Below, in pieces: positions 40,765 through 53,750 of a stretch of 64,000 bases of DNA. This stretch comes from Octopus bimaculoides. Its lineage: Eukaryota. The notes beneath the pieces are model-generated. The model was given only the letters and a program-made list of their open reading frames with translations, ran no database searches and had not been told where the DNA came from. Position 1 is the first letter of the stretch. Each line of letters opens with the position of its first letter. Location of the stretch: contig NC_068989.1 of the NCBI RefSeq assembly GCF_001194135.2, positions 55,426,307-55,490,306 on the forward strand, given 5' to 3'. Both the position numbers and the translations under genes were made by a program.

Positions 40765-40957
40765 TTAACCCATTTGACCAACCCTAGTTTTAAAGTGATC
40801 TAAATTAAAACAGTTCATCAGATTTTGATGCTAATCTATATTCCAAACACCAGCCTAACAATAACAAAGGCGTTTTACAAAATTTTTCTTTCTTTCTAAA
40901 AATTAATTGAAACAAAAGTAGCGAATTTCAACCAAAATATAGTAACGAAAGTGTTAA
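40765..40957. mobile_element. piggyBac-type MITE, family 2
   Basis: ttaacccatttga...gtaacgaaagtgttaa; internal similarity to 9644-9866. Confidence 0.55.
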
Positions 40958-42920
40958 GGTAATAAAGTAGAAGGAAACTTGACTAGACACTGTAGACTTG
41001 TAAAATAAATGATTAATGCGATAGAAAGGAAACCAAGTTCAACAGACATTGTCAAGAATTATCTTATGGTGATTTAAAGAATTTCGTCATGCATCAAAAC
41101 AAACTTATATGTTGCTATGTCATTTTATGAATAATATGTCACAGCAATACGCAGAAACAAAGATGGACTCACATCAGTGAATACATCTTTCTACTTTTAC
41201 CAAACTACAAGTTGGTAGCAATTTGTTTGAACACAGTTTAACCCTTGCTTTAAAACAAACAACATTATACAACCAAAGCTGGAATGGAAGGCTTAAAATA
41301 AGGTCTTATAAAATTCAACACATTAGGTCAACATGAAAGTGATATTCATCATCAATTTATGAGATCAGATTAAAACAGCAAAAAAAGCAAACTAACTGAA
41401 ACTGGAAGCTCTGGTAATGAAAAATAGAATTGTAAAATAAAACATTAACATTTTTACAAGTAATGATAATTCCTGGTGCTAATGCGTCTCCTAAGAGCCA
41501 AGCAATATAGTAAAATGAGCTCAACCTCTTGCACAAGATGCTCATTGTATGCTGGGTTCATATTTCTTAAACAGCTTTCTTTTTATTTAGTTAATGGGTC
41601 TAAAGGCAATTCCATGACCAGTGAAGTTGTTGCCAGTAATGTTTCATTTAAACTGTTGCAAGGACTTATATTCTGTGGAGAAAAGACTGTGCATAGTGGT
41701 TGATGTGTGGTTAGGTGTTGGATACAACAAGGGAGAGATGAGTGAATCAAGAGTGCCTGAGTGTTGAAGGTATGAGACTAGATAGCTCCAAGGATCTGAG
41801 GCCATAACAGTTGTGACAGAAAAGACAGAAGAATAAACAGCATACCTGTAAAACCCATATTAATCGTTTACATAAAAGAAACCATTTGAGTTCATGAAAA
41901 GAATGGAATCCTCTGTAGGATATCCACTATCATAATCCAAGTTACCTATAGATTAAAAACTTTGTTTCTCAGGGTAGATTATCAAGTTAATGACACATGC
42001 TATACATTCACTATTACTTAAAATTGTTGCAAAGAGATTACAACGAAGCAGCAACACTTTCATGAAATGTTCTTTCTCCCAAACCAGTTTATGTTTGCCA
42101 AGTACAACCACGATTTCTGTTCCCTTACCAAATGTATAACCCTGAACTTTAAGCAGTTCCTGTTTTATTTTTATCTATTCTATTCAATCCAGATGCTCTG
42201 CAACCAGTAACTTAAGGATCAAGGATAAGAATATTGTCATAAGTTTTGTATTTAGCTCAAATTAATTCAGCCAAATTAATTTTACTTGTCTTGGCTTTTT
42301 CTATTTTCTTCAGCAAATATCTTAGCCAAATCTTTGGCTACAGCAATTACTTTCAGAAAATGAGCTGAACTATGGGAGGCAAAGAAAATGACATTATAAG
42401 ATTCTGCTATCTACTAAAACCAGATTCTAAATACTGGCAAATTATGCATTGATACAACTAATTATTATATCAACTCCTAACTACAATGGCATGACAACTA
42501 CAAAAACAAACACAACCCCAATTCTCTCCAACATTTTTATCAGTCTTCTTCATGTCTTACATATGCAGGATGTCTGGGAACTTAAGTGGTGAAGGAGAAA
42601 TGAGAATCTGTAACTAAGTTGTAATGATTGATTTGTAAGTGGAGCATAATAGCTTCAACTGGAATGAAAACGGAGTTACAAATGCTATTTGCTCAAGAGC
42701 AGAGCTTACCATTAAATGCATTATATAGTATGCAACAGTTGAATGAAAACAATGATAGTGACACAACAGGACAGTTATTAAAGCCCAACTTTTTATCCAG
42801 CATACTCTTACCTTCCCAGCTCAAAGAATGACACCAGAATTATCTAAACAAATATTAAACTATAGAGCTGTTGTTCAGCTTACAAATGTCTTTTGTTGAT
42901 ATGCAGTATATGCAGAATAC

Positions 42921-42963
42921 ACACACACGCGCAGGCATGTGTGTGTGTGCGTGTGTGTGTAAG

Positions 42964-43014
<51 letters not shown>

Positions 43015-43015
43015 T

Positions 43016-43101
<86 letters not shown>

Positions 43102-43108
43102 CAGACAC
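42921..43108. repeat. Compound (CA)/(TG)/(TA) microsatellite
   Basis: Read directly; one of dozens of similar tracts (e.g. 1884, 7979, 25818, 27290, 43880, 44900, 47023, 54345, 63672). Confidence 0.95.
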
Positions 43109-43874
43109 ACTCATACTCTAGACTGCCAACAGTAACAAGGAATGCCATGGTATATCATAAAGCTTTCAACTAAAATTCTGCATTTGCTTTTACTTGTTGA
43201 TTGGTAAGCTACGATGAAATCAAGTCAGAGTAGCAGCAACATGCTACATCTTACTGTCCATTTCCTTAACATTTCCAGACAGAAACTAGTTTAGAACACA
43301 AGCAGTTTGTCTTAGAGGTAGTTTTGCATTGTGAAAGAGAATTACCATAATCATAGCCACAAGGCTGACAATCCATATCCTTCGTTTCGCTGATAGTATT
43401 ATCAAAATACTGAACATAAACGAAATATTCAATGACACCAGGAATTTAAATTGTTCCTATATTTAGTGAATATAGAGAACATCCAGCACACTAACATCTC
43501 ACACCAAGAATCTATGGAGCAGCTGAACTTACAGATTAATCCATAGATGTGTTTCCAAACAGACAGACGAGATAGATAAACAAGAAGCTGAAAGGACATT
43601 ACTGCAACTGATAAAATTCAATAACAAGTCCAGACATACAAAGCATTTGTGTATATCTGTCTGTGTGTTGAGAGAGCACATGTATGTGTGCATGTATTAA
43701 TATTACAGTCAAATGTAAAAACTGTATCAAACATTAATTAAAGGATCACTCAATATACATTTATTTTTATAAAAAAAAGAATAACATTGAGAGTAACTTT
43801 GAATTTTTACTGGTCATTGGCTTTGCAAGATACTGATAAAGCTAATGATAAGCAAATCATTGATGCTATTTTTG

Positions 43875-43925
<51 letters not shown>

Positions 43926-43953
43926 ATGTGTGTGCGCACGTGTGTGTGTGTAT

Positions 43954-43984
<31 letters not shown>

Positions 43985-44702
43985 CATACATGTATGTATA
44001 TAAAAGGATAAAAATACCAATGTTTTCTGTTTCTGATTATATGTATGAGAGAGAGAGAGAGAGACTGCTGACACACACACACATCAATAAGTATGAACAC
44101 ACACACACACACACACACGTGTTTGCGTGTGTGTGTGTGTGTTTATATACATATAGTGGGTAGGGGGTATCATACACAAAGAGCAAATTCTTGTAACCGA
44201 AAACCTGTTATAGAAGTGCATAAGACCAGTAAGTTAATTATTCCTTTGTGACCAAGAAACAATGAACAAAAACAATCATAACAACAGTTAACAGTTATTG
44301 GGCACCAGAAGCATGATGTAATCAATTGATATGCATATTCTTTCAAGATAACAACACTACACAAAGTCTGTTGGTTCCTTAAGGAATCTACAGAAATTGG
44401 ATGCGGAGATAATAAAGATTTAATGTCTAGTGTTATAGAGTATTACTTAAACGTTGATTAAGGAAACAGTGTTTTATGAGTGATTGTCATTGGTATTCCA
44501 GTTTCTCTCAGCTATTGATGTTTGTGTTTAGTCAAAAAGCTGATTTGATAAATACACCTTGAGATGTTTTTAAAATGCCACAGTTTAGTAGAATGAATAC
44601 TGGAAGAGAGAAGCTGATTCTCAAGCGATAGGAAGCCAAACATAAAAACATTCTAAGTTGGGGAGTCGCATGTACATCTTTATGTAAATGTGGTGTGGTG
44701 TG

Positions 44703-44742
<40 letters not shown>

Positions 44743-44909
44743 GAGAGTGAGAGAAGGAGGGAGGACATGAATTATAATATGTAAATGTCTGATGTGGGCG
44801 GTATATTTGAACAGTAAAGTGTATACAAACTACATGTGTGTATGTATATATGTGTGTATATTTTATGTCACTAATGTGTATGTTAAAGTGTGTGACTGAG
44901 TGTGTGTAC

Positions 44910-44960
<51 letters not shown>

Positions 44961-47022
44961 TATATATATATAAATACTATGGGTATGAGTGTGGATTTGT
45001 ATATACAAAAGAAGAGTATTTCAGTGCAATCCTCCACCCATCTCTTTTGTTGCTGTTGGCCACATCTCTGGGACATCTGAATTGATGATAACAATAGCTG
45101 GATAAGCTTTGACAATACACTCAATTATTCTAGACTATTAGGCACACAAAAATAAATTAAATAAATAAATAAATAAAGACAAATCAACATCAATAAAGGA
45201 TGTTTTAGTTAATACTGCTGTTGTTATTGTTAATGTTGTTGTCACTGTTGTCATACAGTGCTGGGGGAGATTGCAGGGGAGGAGGGTACATTCAGAGTAA
45301 ATGTGGATGAAATGTTGGTAATTTATTTTAAAATAAACAAACATATAAAGAAATAAATTAGGATAAAAGGATTCTAGAACTGTACTAGAAATGAAAGTTT
45401 GCATAAACTTTGTTGGCCACTCTAAAAAACAATAGGTGAAGCAGGAGAAGCATGGAGTTGAGATTAAATGGAAATACTTCTCATGAGAAGTATTATACAC
45501 AACAATAGGGCAATTAGGTCTAGAAAGGAGGAGAGGCTGGAAAAAACAACATACTGGTATGTACTGATAGTGTGTAGTGTTGTTTTGGTTATTGTAGAGA
45601 ATGGTTGTGATGCTGTAGACTGTGTTGTTGGTGAAGGTAGAGCTATGAAGACAGCAGCTATGGTGGTCGTGGATAAACAAATTAATGGTAGTACCGATTG
45701 ATATTGGAGGGTAGAATCAGTGCTAGTAGACACGTTGTTTAGTCAAAGATCAGTTTGAATCAAGCAAATTTACGATCAAAGGAAACCCACCCATGGCCCA
45801 CCTTTTCCTTTTCTAGAGCTATGTTGGACTATATCCACCAATGCAATCTTTCCTTAAGACAGTCGGGTATAATTTGAAAGAATTGGCTGTTATTTCTAGT
45901 AGGTTAGGTTTGGTGAGTATAGAGGTTTCCTCATGGATCATGTGGATTGCAATAGTGGTGGTAGGTTGACTCCGGCTGTGCTGGAAAGCATTTAATACCT
46001 AAAAACAAAGAAACTCCCAATGCTTGTTGTTTTTAGATTTCAAACACCAACAGAAGGAGAATTTGTTGACTGACTGCATGGATAATCTCAGTTTATCAAA
46101 GTTCTTCCAAGTTGCTACATTACACATGAGAAACTCCACCATATGCAAAACACAACCCTTAAGGTATTTTCCTTCATCCACACAACTGTGCTGGTGTGAT
46201 GTTACAATTAACATTAGTATTGGTAGTGTTAGCAGTAATAGGGAATGAAAGTGATGGTGTTGGTGATAAAGGCAGTGGCTGAATGATGATGTGTACTTAT
46301 TTATAGCTCTCAAACAGATAAACCATTAAAGAGAAAGTTGAAGAGACTGCTGGAGTAGTTTCATTCTAATTACACCAGGACAGGAGAGAAAAAGACAAAA
46401 TAGTTTGCTTCCTATATAATGATAAAAAATAAAAGGTTGTGGAGGGAAGTCTTTGATCCATCAAAAGTAACTAACAATGGTTGGTAATAGATGAATTTGG
46501 GAAAATTGTGATGAAAAATATAAACAGAATTACAACTAGAGGAAAAATACCAGAAATCTTTTGAAAGAAAAGCGACAGAATGGTTGAATGGAAGGACAAT
46601 TCAAAATCGAAATTCTCTTCATGGTTGGTTATGTAGAACAATATACTAAAAACTGTAGCAGAGTCTCTGTCACTGAAACATTACAATTTGAAAATTACAG
46701 AATTAATTGTAACCATAGTCCAAAATATTTCTAACACAAGGCTAGAAGTTTGGGTGGGAGGAAGGAATTCTAAATTAAAAAGACCAAATTACATAATCGG
46801 TACATAATTTTATCAAACCTAGAGGGGTGAGAAGGAAAGCTGATCTCAGCAGGATTCAGTTTCAGAATGTAGAGCCATAAATGTTGCAAGACATTTTGTA
46901 CAAAGCTCTAACAATTCTGCCAATTCACCATTCTCAATATGAATATGGCACAGATAAGTTAGTAAAAGTGCAGTTGTTTACACTGAAATCAAATGAAATG
47001 AAAAAAAGTAATGGTATATACA

Positions 47023-47075
<53 letters not shown>

Positions 47076-48399
47076 GAACTCCCAAGAAGACCAAAGAACT
47101 ATACTAACTAAGGATTATAGTGACTACCAATTGTAACTGCTCTCTTTAAGGTATCATAGACCATCCTACAGGTGAGTACTGAATGTAGGACCATTCACTC
47201 AGGTTGTGCTTGTCACTCTCCCCACCTTGCATCAAAATTACAGGAGGCATCACTTCTCCCTCTATTCTCACATTTACCTCAGATGGAAATTGAACAGATC
47301 AATGAGAGCTTTCCTAAAGAGAAAGACATCTATCCATAATCCTTTTGGTCACATACACCAAGAAATCTCTTTTGCCACAACTCACAGAACAAAACTGCTG
47401 GCCCTTCTTGGCCAAATGAAGTCAGCAAAGCCATCATCAGGATGGACTTGGCTAATAAGCCAGATCCATTTTCTACACAATAGCTCGCTGATAAGACCCT
47501 CACACACCAACAACACATGGTCATTGAATGTTTGTTTGAAGAAGGATTTTGGTGCATTATGCATATCTTGGACAGCCAGCTGGTGGAACCTTCATGCCTG
47601 TACTTTACTTCAAACCAACACACTCCCTTTGGCATCACTGTCAGATGAAGAATTACCTACAATGATTGGGCTGAAAGTATTCCAAACCTGACCAGCTGGC
47701 TGATTCTTGACAATGCCCAGCATTTGTACAAGAACACTGTCACCCTACATCAGTTATCCATGGAAAGTTTATTTGGTTGTTCCAGACAGTATGGTCAACT
47801 CCAAGAGCTTCCAGCTGTTCCAAACTCATTAGTCTAACCAAAACCACATGTTGTGGAGACTGTTGCAGAGAGATTTGTCTGGAATTTCACAGGCCAACAC
47901 ATTCTCAACTACATGTACAACAAGTGCCAAACTTTGTGCTCTGAGGAGTTAAGGACAGAAATGATCAATAATGTCTCTTGTCCATATCCTTCTTCAACAT
48001 CACTATTACTTCCTGGTCTTTACAACTCAGAATTCTCCAGTCCTGCCAACAATCACAGTAACTTACCATCAAACTGAAAAGCAGAGTGCTACTCTTTGCT
48101 AAGTCCTATCAGTCCTACTCCACTCACCTGCTTCAAAGTAATCCACAATCAATAATGACAATCACCCTCATCAACTGCTGTTAAAGTTTCTCTCTATTTT
48201 TCTTTTGGTGCGTGTGTGTGTCTGAGAGGAGAGAGAGAGAGATTGTTGTTATTACTGCTGGTGTTCCTTTGTTTTTTTAATGTCTTTTGTTTTTGCTGTG
48301 GTGGTTGTAGTCTTTGTTTGTTTTCCCACTATTGTATTTGTTGATGTGATATGGCTCTATCTGTTGTTGAGGTAATGGTGATAGTATTGCATATGGTTC

Positions 48400-48409
48400 N
48401 NNNNNNNNN
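48400..48409. other. Assembly gap (10 N, size probably nominal)
   Basis: N run. Confidence 0.99.
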
Positions 48410-50104
48410 GACCAAAAGGCTTTCAACTTTTTTGTTTATTTCTTTTGTTGTTGTCTTTTAAATCTTTATTTTACAGTTTTTCTTTTTCTCCTGTTAAAGA
48501 CCTCTTGCAATAAGTCTTTTGTTTTGACCTTGTTGCACAATGAGGTCTTCTAATTGTAGAGATCTGGAAGAGAAGGTAACACTGTGCATGTGAGTATGTT
48601 TGAGCTTTCTCGATAAAGGTGACATTGCTAGAAGGTTTCCTTTGGTCGTGGTAGTGGGATCTGTTGGTGCTTTTGATGTGATTGGAGTTGCAGGAATTGT
48701 AGCAATGTAGACCTTCCTTCTTTCGCCTATTACTGTGAGCAGAAAGTACTTAAGGTGGTTGGTGGTACCACATATGTCATACATAATCCTTCTCCTATCT
48801 ACTGCCACAACTAGTTGTGAGCAGTTTGGTAGCAATCATCTAAGGGATATTTTCAATCCTTTCCTGACTTATTTGGATTGCAAGCTCCATTCCTATCTTT
48901 CACCAGTCCCCAGGTACACACTACCACCAAGATAGTCATTTCATCCACTTCAGCTATCAATAGTTCATTTCTGTCAGAAGAAACCCCTTAACCTTCACCA
49001 GTTGCCAGCCCAAATCTGACAGAATGAGGTGTGAACTACTAAATCTTAACTGAGCCGGAGAGTGGTTCCTCACCTCATCTTCAGAGAGGAACCTATCTTA
49101 CCTCCAATGCTCCATATCTTCAGCTGTGAGCAAGGAAGGCTTTTTTTGTCCTATATTATTTTCAAATACTTTTTTACTTGGATGTGTGTCAGCTTTTCTA
49201 TCTGCTGATTTTTCATGCCTGTGCACTGGCATATCACAATAATCTTTTCTTTTTTTTTAATTTCAAATTTTCCATCACCATTGAGATACAGCCAAGGTAA
49301 TATTTCTTCTCTCATTCTGAATGAGGCCTATGGTTTTTCTAAACTGTTCTTATCTTGTAACTCTAGTTATTCCAAGGCTTTTTGCTGTACAGGCAAATGA
49401 GCCCAATCTGAGAAACCACTTTACCAGAGCCTGTTATTGTTCTCTGCCTCTTTTACCATTGGATCTGAAAGCACTTGCTTGCCAAAGAGGAAGTGGTGAT
49501 GTTACTTGGTACAGTGATATTCAGCTCAGTTCAGTTAAAAGGTTGGTTGGGGTGGTAATGTTGTTGATTTTGCCACTAGGTATGCTGTTGCTGTTGCTAC
49601 AGCCTACTGCCTCTTCTCTGTGTCTATGACTGCAGTGGCTGTTGTGGTGCTGAATCAAAGAGAAGAGCATGTCCTTCTCAGTGAAGGGAGAGAATGGGAG
49701 AACCTTCCATTCGAAACCTCTTCTTCTTCCCTATGTGTATTCCCACCCCTTCTCTCATTAATTGGTTATCACATATGATGTCATGTTTAAACTGTTTAAT
49801 TTTTTTCAAATTAAATGTTTTTCTATCTGAGGATTATGTCTCCAGATAAAGCAAAAAACAAAGGAATTAACCAATCCTTTGTAGTCATAGTCAGTTCCTC
49901 GACAAGACAAAGCATAAACATTAATGAAAACAAACCCCTAAATTAAGAAAATATTAAACTTTTTTTCTTCAACTTCTGGGGCATTAGAAATATGTGGTAC
50001 ACAGCCCAGAAGAAGCAGTGGTATTAGCAATGATGATGATGGTAACAACAACAACAACAATAATCGTTCAATATTATTAAATGGTGCAAAAGTCATTTGC
50101 TTAC

Positions 50105-50735
50105 CTGAATGTCGTATTCGACCATCTGTTTTACGTCTCATCAAATCCTCAATTTCTTGCTCCATAAACAAATTATCATCAAAATCCATACTGTCATCAG
50201 ATGTAAGTTCAGCCTGCATATCAGCATTAGTTCGGTGCCGATCTTTATAACCAGCAAGCTCTTTTCCATTTTCATTCAAAACAAATTTGTTAGAAAGATC
50301 CAGAGCACTGAGAAGTCCAGGCTGGTTTAGAATTTGTCCTTGAATCATATGAGGAGTCAACATTCTCAAAGCATTCCTTGATGGTGAAAGGGCAAGTGTC
50401 ATCTGTGCCTCAGTTTTAGAGGGTGCCAAAACACCATCGCTGCTTTCATACCCAACCCGTTCGTCAGGCGGCTCAGTTTTGCTGACTTCGCGCAGATGTT
50501 CTTTATCTGAAGGAGAATTAATTTCTTCTTTTGGAGTTTGGGTCGGGGAGTGCTGAGGAGACTTTGATGTGTTATTGGCATCATCTCCTGCTGCACTGGC
50601 ACCATTGTCAATGTCTGTAATACTAGCATCAGCAGATGAGTTGGCACTTGTAGTGGTTCTTTTAAACTCTGAGTTACTGGTTGGCTGACTCTGCTCTTCA
50701 TAATTAGAATCTAAAACTTCCTGCTTAATTTGCAT
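50105..50735 (-). CDS. Paxbeta: Putative first coding exon of the Pax gene (210 codons + 1 nt; MQIKQEVLDS...DGRIRHS-G), low-complexity/acidic N-terminal region
   Basis: Only long non-repeat ORF in the window (49938..50792). First in-frame ATG at 50735. Strong donor CAG|GTAAGC at 50104 in phase 1, matching the next exon. Linkage to the paired exons rests on splice phase and orientation. Confidence 0.72.
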
Positions 50736-51031
50736 TTCTAGCACTACTCCCACTGGTGTGTGTGTGACAGCTAATGTACTCAGTCGGCACACTGCTCACA
50801 TCTGTGGCAGTGATTGAAATAATAAGGAAAGGAATCAACAAAACGGAGATTCCACACAAACAAGTGTGGACAGATGAACATTATGGTGAAAGTAGAAAAT
50901 TGTCATTTCTATAATAATAATAATATTCCAAATGTGTTAGCAAATTTGAAAAAAAAGAAATATCCAGTTCTGTGAGGAGCTTCATCAGGGTATTGGTTTC
51001 CCCAGGAAGTAGTAACAACTTCATTTCACAC
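50736..51031 (-). other. Probable 5' UTR part of the first coding exon; two candidate 3' splice sites (exon start 51031 or 50801)
   Basis: Acceptors cctgttctttgtttttttccag|GTG (51032) and tcctttccttattatttcaatcactgccacag|ATG (50802). An in-frame TGA at 50796-50798 excludes upstream coding continuity. Confidence 0.45.
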
Positions 51032-51668
51032 CTGGAAAAAAACAAAGAACAGGAACACTTTTAATTAATTTAGTCTATGAAAAAAATCTAATTTGCTTAA
51101 TATACATATGCAAATATTGTCTAATTAACTAAAAACTATACTGAACTGTTAACTTAAAATGCAAAAATAATCTCTTTTACTTAGTTTTTACATTTAACAA
51201 TATCAAAGTCCTTCATTGATTACTCATACTCTCTGATGTATTTGTATATGAAATGCTAGTTAGTAAATTAACAAATTTTAAAAAGAAAATGTAAAAACAA
51301 AATCACAAAAAACATTTGATGAAAGCCCAAACCAGATATAACAATTTATAAGTGATTTTAACTAACCATTAATATCAGCAATTAATCAGTAAAAAGGCTT
51401 TGAGTAACAGAGCATGCCAATATCACAAAATATTTTTTTATATAGATTTTTAAAAAGCAGACTTTGAATATGCAACATTTAATGAGTATCATACTATTAA
51501 AAATGATATAAATAACATGTTTATGTTTTTGTGAGTTGCAACATGATATGAAGAGAATTATTAATATGAAAATGTGAGATTTGATTTAAAACCAAGCAAC
51601 ATGATCTGTATATGAGTGTGTGCCTGTTAAGAGCTTTGTTGTAGCAATAATTTATGTTAGTGGTAGAA

Positions 51669-51872
51669 ATGTAGCATAGCAACTAGAGAACCAGAGAAAT
51701 ATATGTAGCATGATAACTGGGGAACCATAGAAATATATGTAGCATGATAACTGGGGAACCATGGAAATGTATGTAGCATGATAACTGGGGAACCATGGAA
51801 ATAAATGTAGCATGATAATAAGGGAACCAGATATTTATATGTAGCATGATCATTTGAGAACCATAGAAATAT
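51669..51872. repeat. Minisatellite, 34 bp x 6
   Basis: Unit atgtagcatgataactggggaaccatagaaatat; terminal copies more diverged. Confidence 0.92.
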
Positions 51873-53718
51873 ATCAAGCTCTCTATTACCACTTATTGAA
51901 ATGATGACTTATCTACATTAGTGGGAGGGATTGCAGGCGAAATTTGAAACCACCTGCTAATGAAATCTCACAAAGTCTATCAATATGTGAAAAATGGTTT
52001 AATCCTGAAGGCCAGATCAGTAATTTAATATATATCACATACATGCGAGTTTGTTAAATTAAAGATACATTATTTTTACTCAATAAAGTTGCACCGGCAT
52101 AGCTTCTTTTGCACCTGCAACTCACCCCAATTATTGAAAACGTTTTGCATGTCTGATCTACAATCAGAATCATAAAAAGTACATGGTGCCAAACTTGTTG
52201 TTTATAGCAAATCCTAATTTTGCTGAGTAAATAAATACCCCAAAATTCTTGCATGAATTATGCAATATAACCAGAATAAGGTGAGAGTTGCTCCACAGCA
52301 TTGTAGAAAATTCAACTGCTTAATCGCATATAAATATTAAATTGGTTTAACTTGTATATCAAAACAATGGGTAATTTATAGAAATTTACCATTAAACAGA
52401 TAGAAATAGGAGCAACAATTGTTTATGTAATTTGTACAAGTATTTATGTTTATAAATCATTCTGATAGAAGCTTGTAACAGCCTTGTACCAACTACTAAT
52501 AGTGAATAATAGCCAGTTAAATTTTCAGTTGATTATAAATGAAGATAAAGGTTAAATAAAGTATATACAATAAAGAAGCTTAACTTTCAAAATTTTCCAC
52601 AAGTATATTATTACACTTCCTACGATACAATAAAGTTTTATGCTAAGAGTTGATTTGTAAAGATTATGAAAAAAGAAAGAAAGAAAAGACATCATACAAT
52701 AGCAAAGGCATAGGTTAACGAAATGAAAACCAATACAAATGCATCAGGTATTAAGCTGGACCCATTTCATTGCTTGTTCAAATACTAGGCATTGTATAGC
52801 ACTGGTAATAAATAACTGGATTTAAATCTCTGTCTTTGCTGTTCACCATTGGTATTATTTTATCCTGCATTCCTTTAAAACTATTGTAAATAGCCAAACC
52901 TTTTAACATCTGACACAAAATTTTATCAATAGACAAAGTGTTTGCCAATCACATCTAAGTAAAATCTTCTACTCTAATAATTAACAAGTTTATAATTTCT
53001 GGCTTCAATTTTACATTATTCCACATCATTGAGAATCATTAATAATCATTTTTAGATTTCGAAGTAAAAATTCTCTGATGTATTACTAAATTATCTCTCA
53101 CCTGTATCTCAAACAATCATAAACCACTACTACAACCTGATTTCTTTTCTCTTTTACATTCAATTTTCTATATGAATTAGGAGCTCATATGACAATGGCA
53201 CTTCATAAAATAACTTTCTCTTGTTTAAAGAATTTTTTGATTTTCTCAGTAAAGTAAATTGAGGCAAATTAACGATAAAATATTAACAAATATTAATGAA
53301 CAAATATTAATAAAGTGTATACTGAAAGTTAATAATAATGATACACAACTTTCTTATAGAAGTGGTGTGCATGCGTGCGTGTGTGTGTGTGTGTGTGTAT
53401 GTGAGATCGTCTTAAAAGAGGGGATTAGATGTCTTAAAGGCACACTAGAGAACTTAGAGATATCAATAATAGTAAAGTGGTAATCGTTTAGAGATAAATG
53501 CTGAGAACACTTCCACTAGAAAGTAATTAGGATGGATATGGAGATGTCTTATACAAATCAATTCAAGTTAAGTGAATTACAAAATATTTACTTCTGATAA
53601 AATTTGATGTGATTCAATGAAATGTACAAATTTTTTCTTCTGGCAATAGTTTTCACTTGTTTGCACATAATGAAGAAACACAATTTACATGTAGCTTTGA
53701 TAGGGTAGTAAGTATTTA

Positions 53719-53750
<32 letters not shown>

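Noticed and set aside
45138-45733. 180-aa and overlapping ORFs
   Set aside because: Low-complexity, purine/GT-biased sequence with no ATG/splice context or domain; likely decayed repeat.
49938-50104. C-terminal 55 aa of the 284-aa ORF, with an apparently hydrophobic/TM-like stretch
   Set aside because: It lies past a consensus GTAAGC donor and the Leu/Ser runs come from (TTG)n/(TCA)n microsatellites; best read as intron read-through.
51669-51872. CRISPR-like array (34-bp repeats)
   Set aside because: Units are directly adjacent with no unique spacers, the context is eukaryotic, and there are no cas genes. The same holds for the 21-bp array at 12341.
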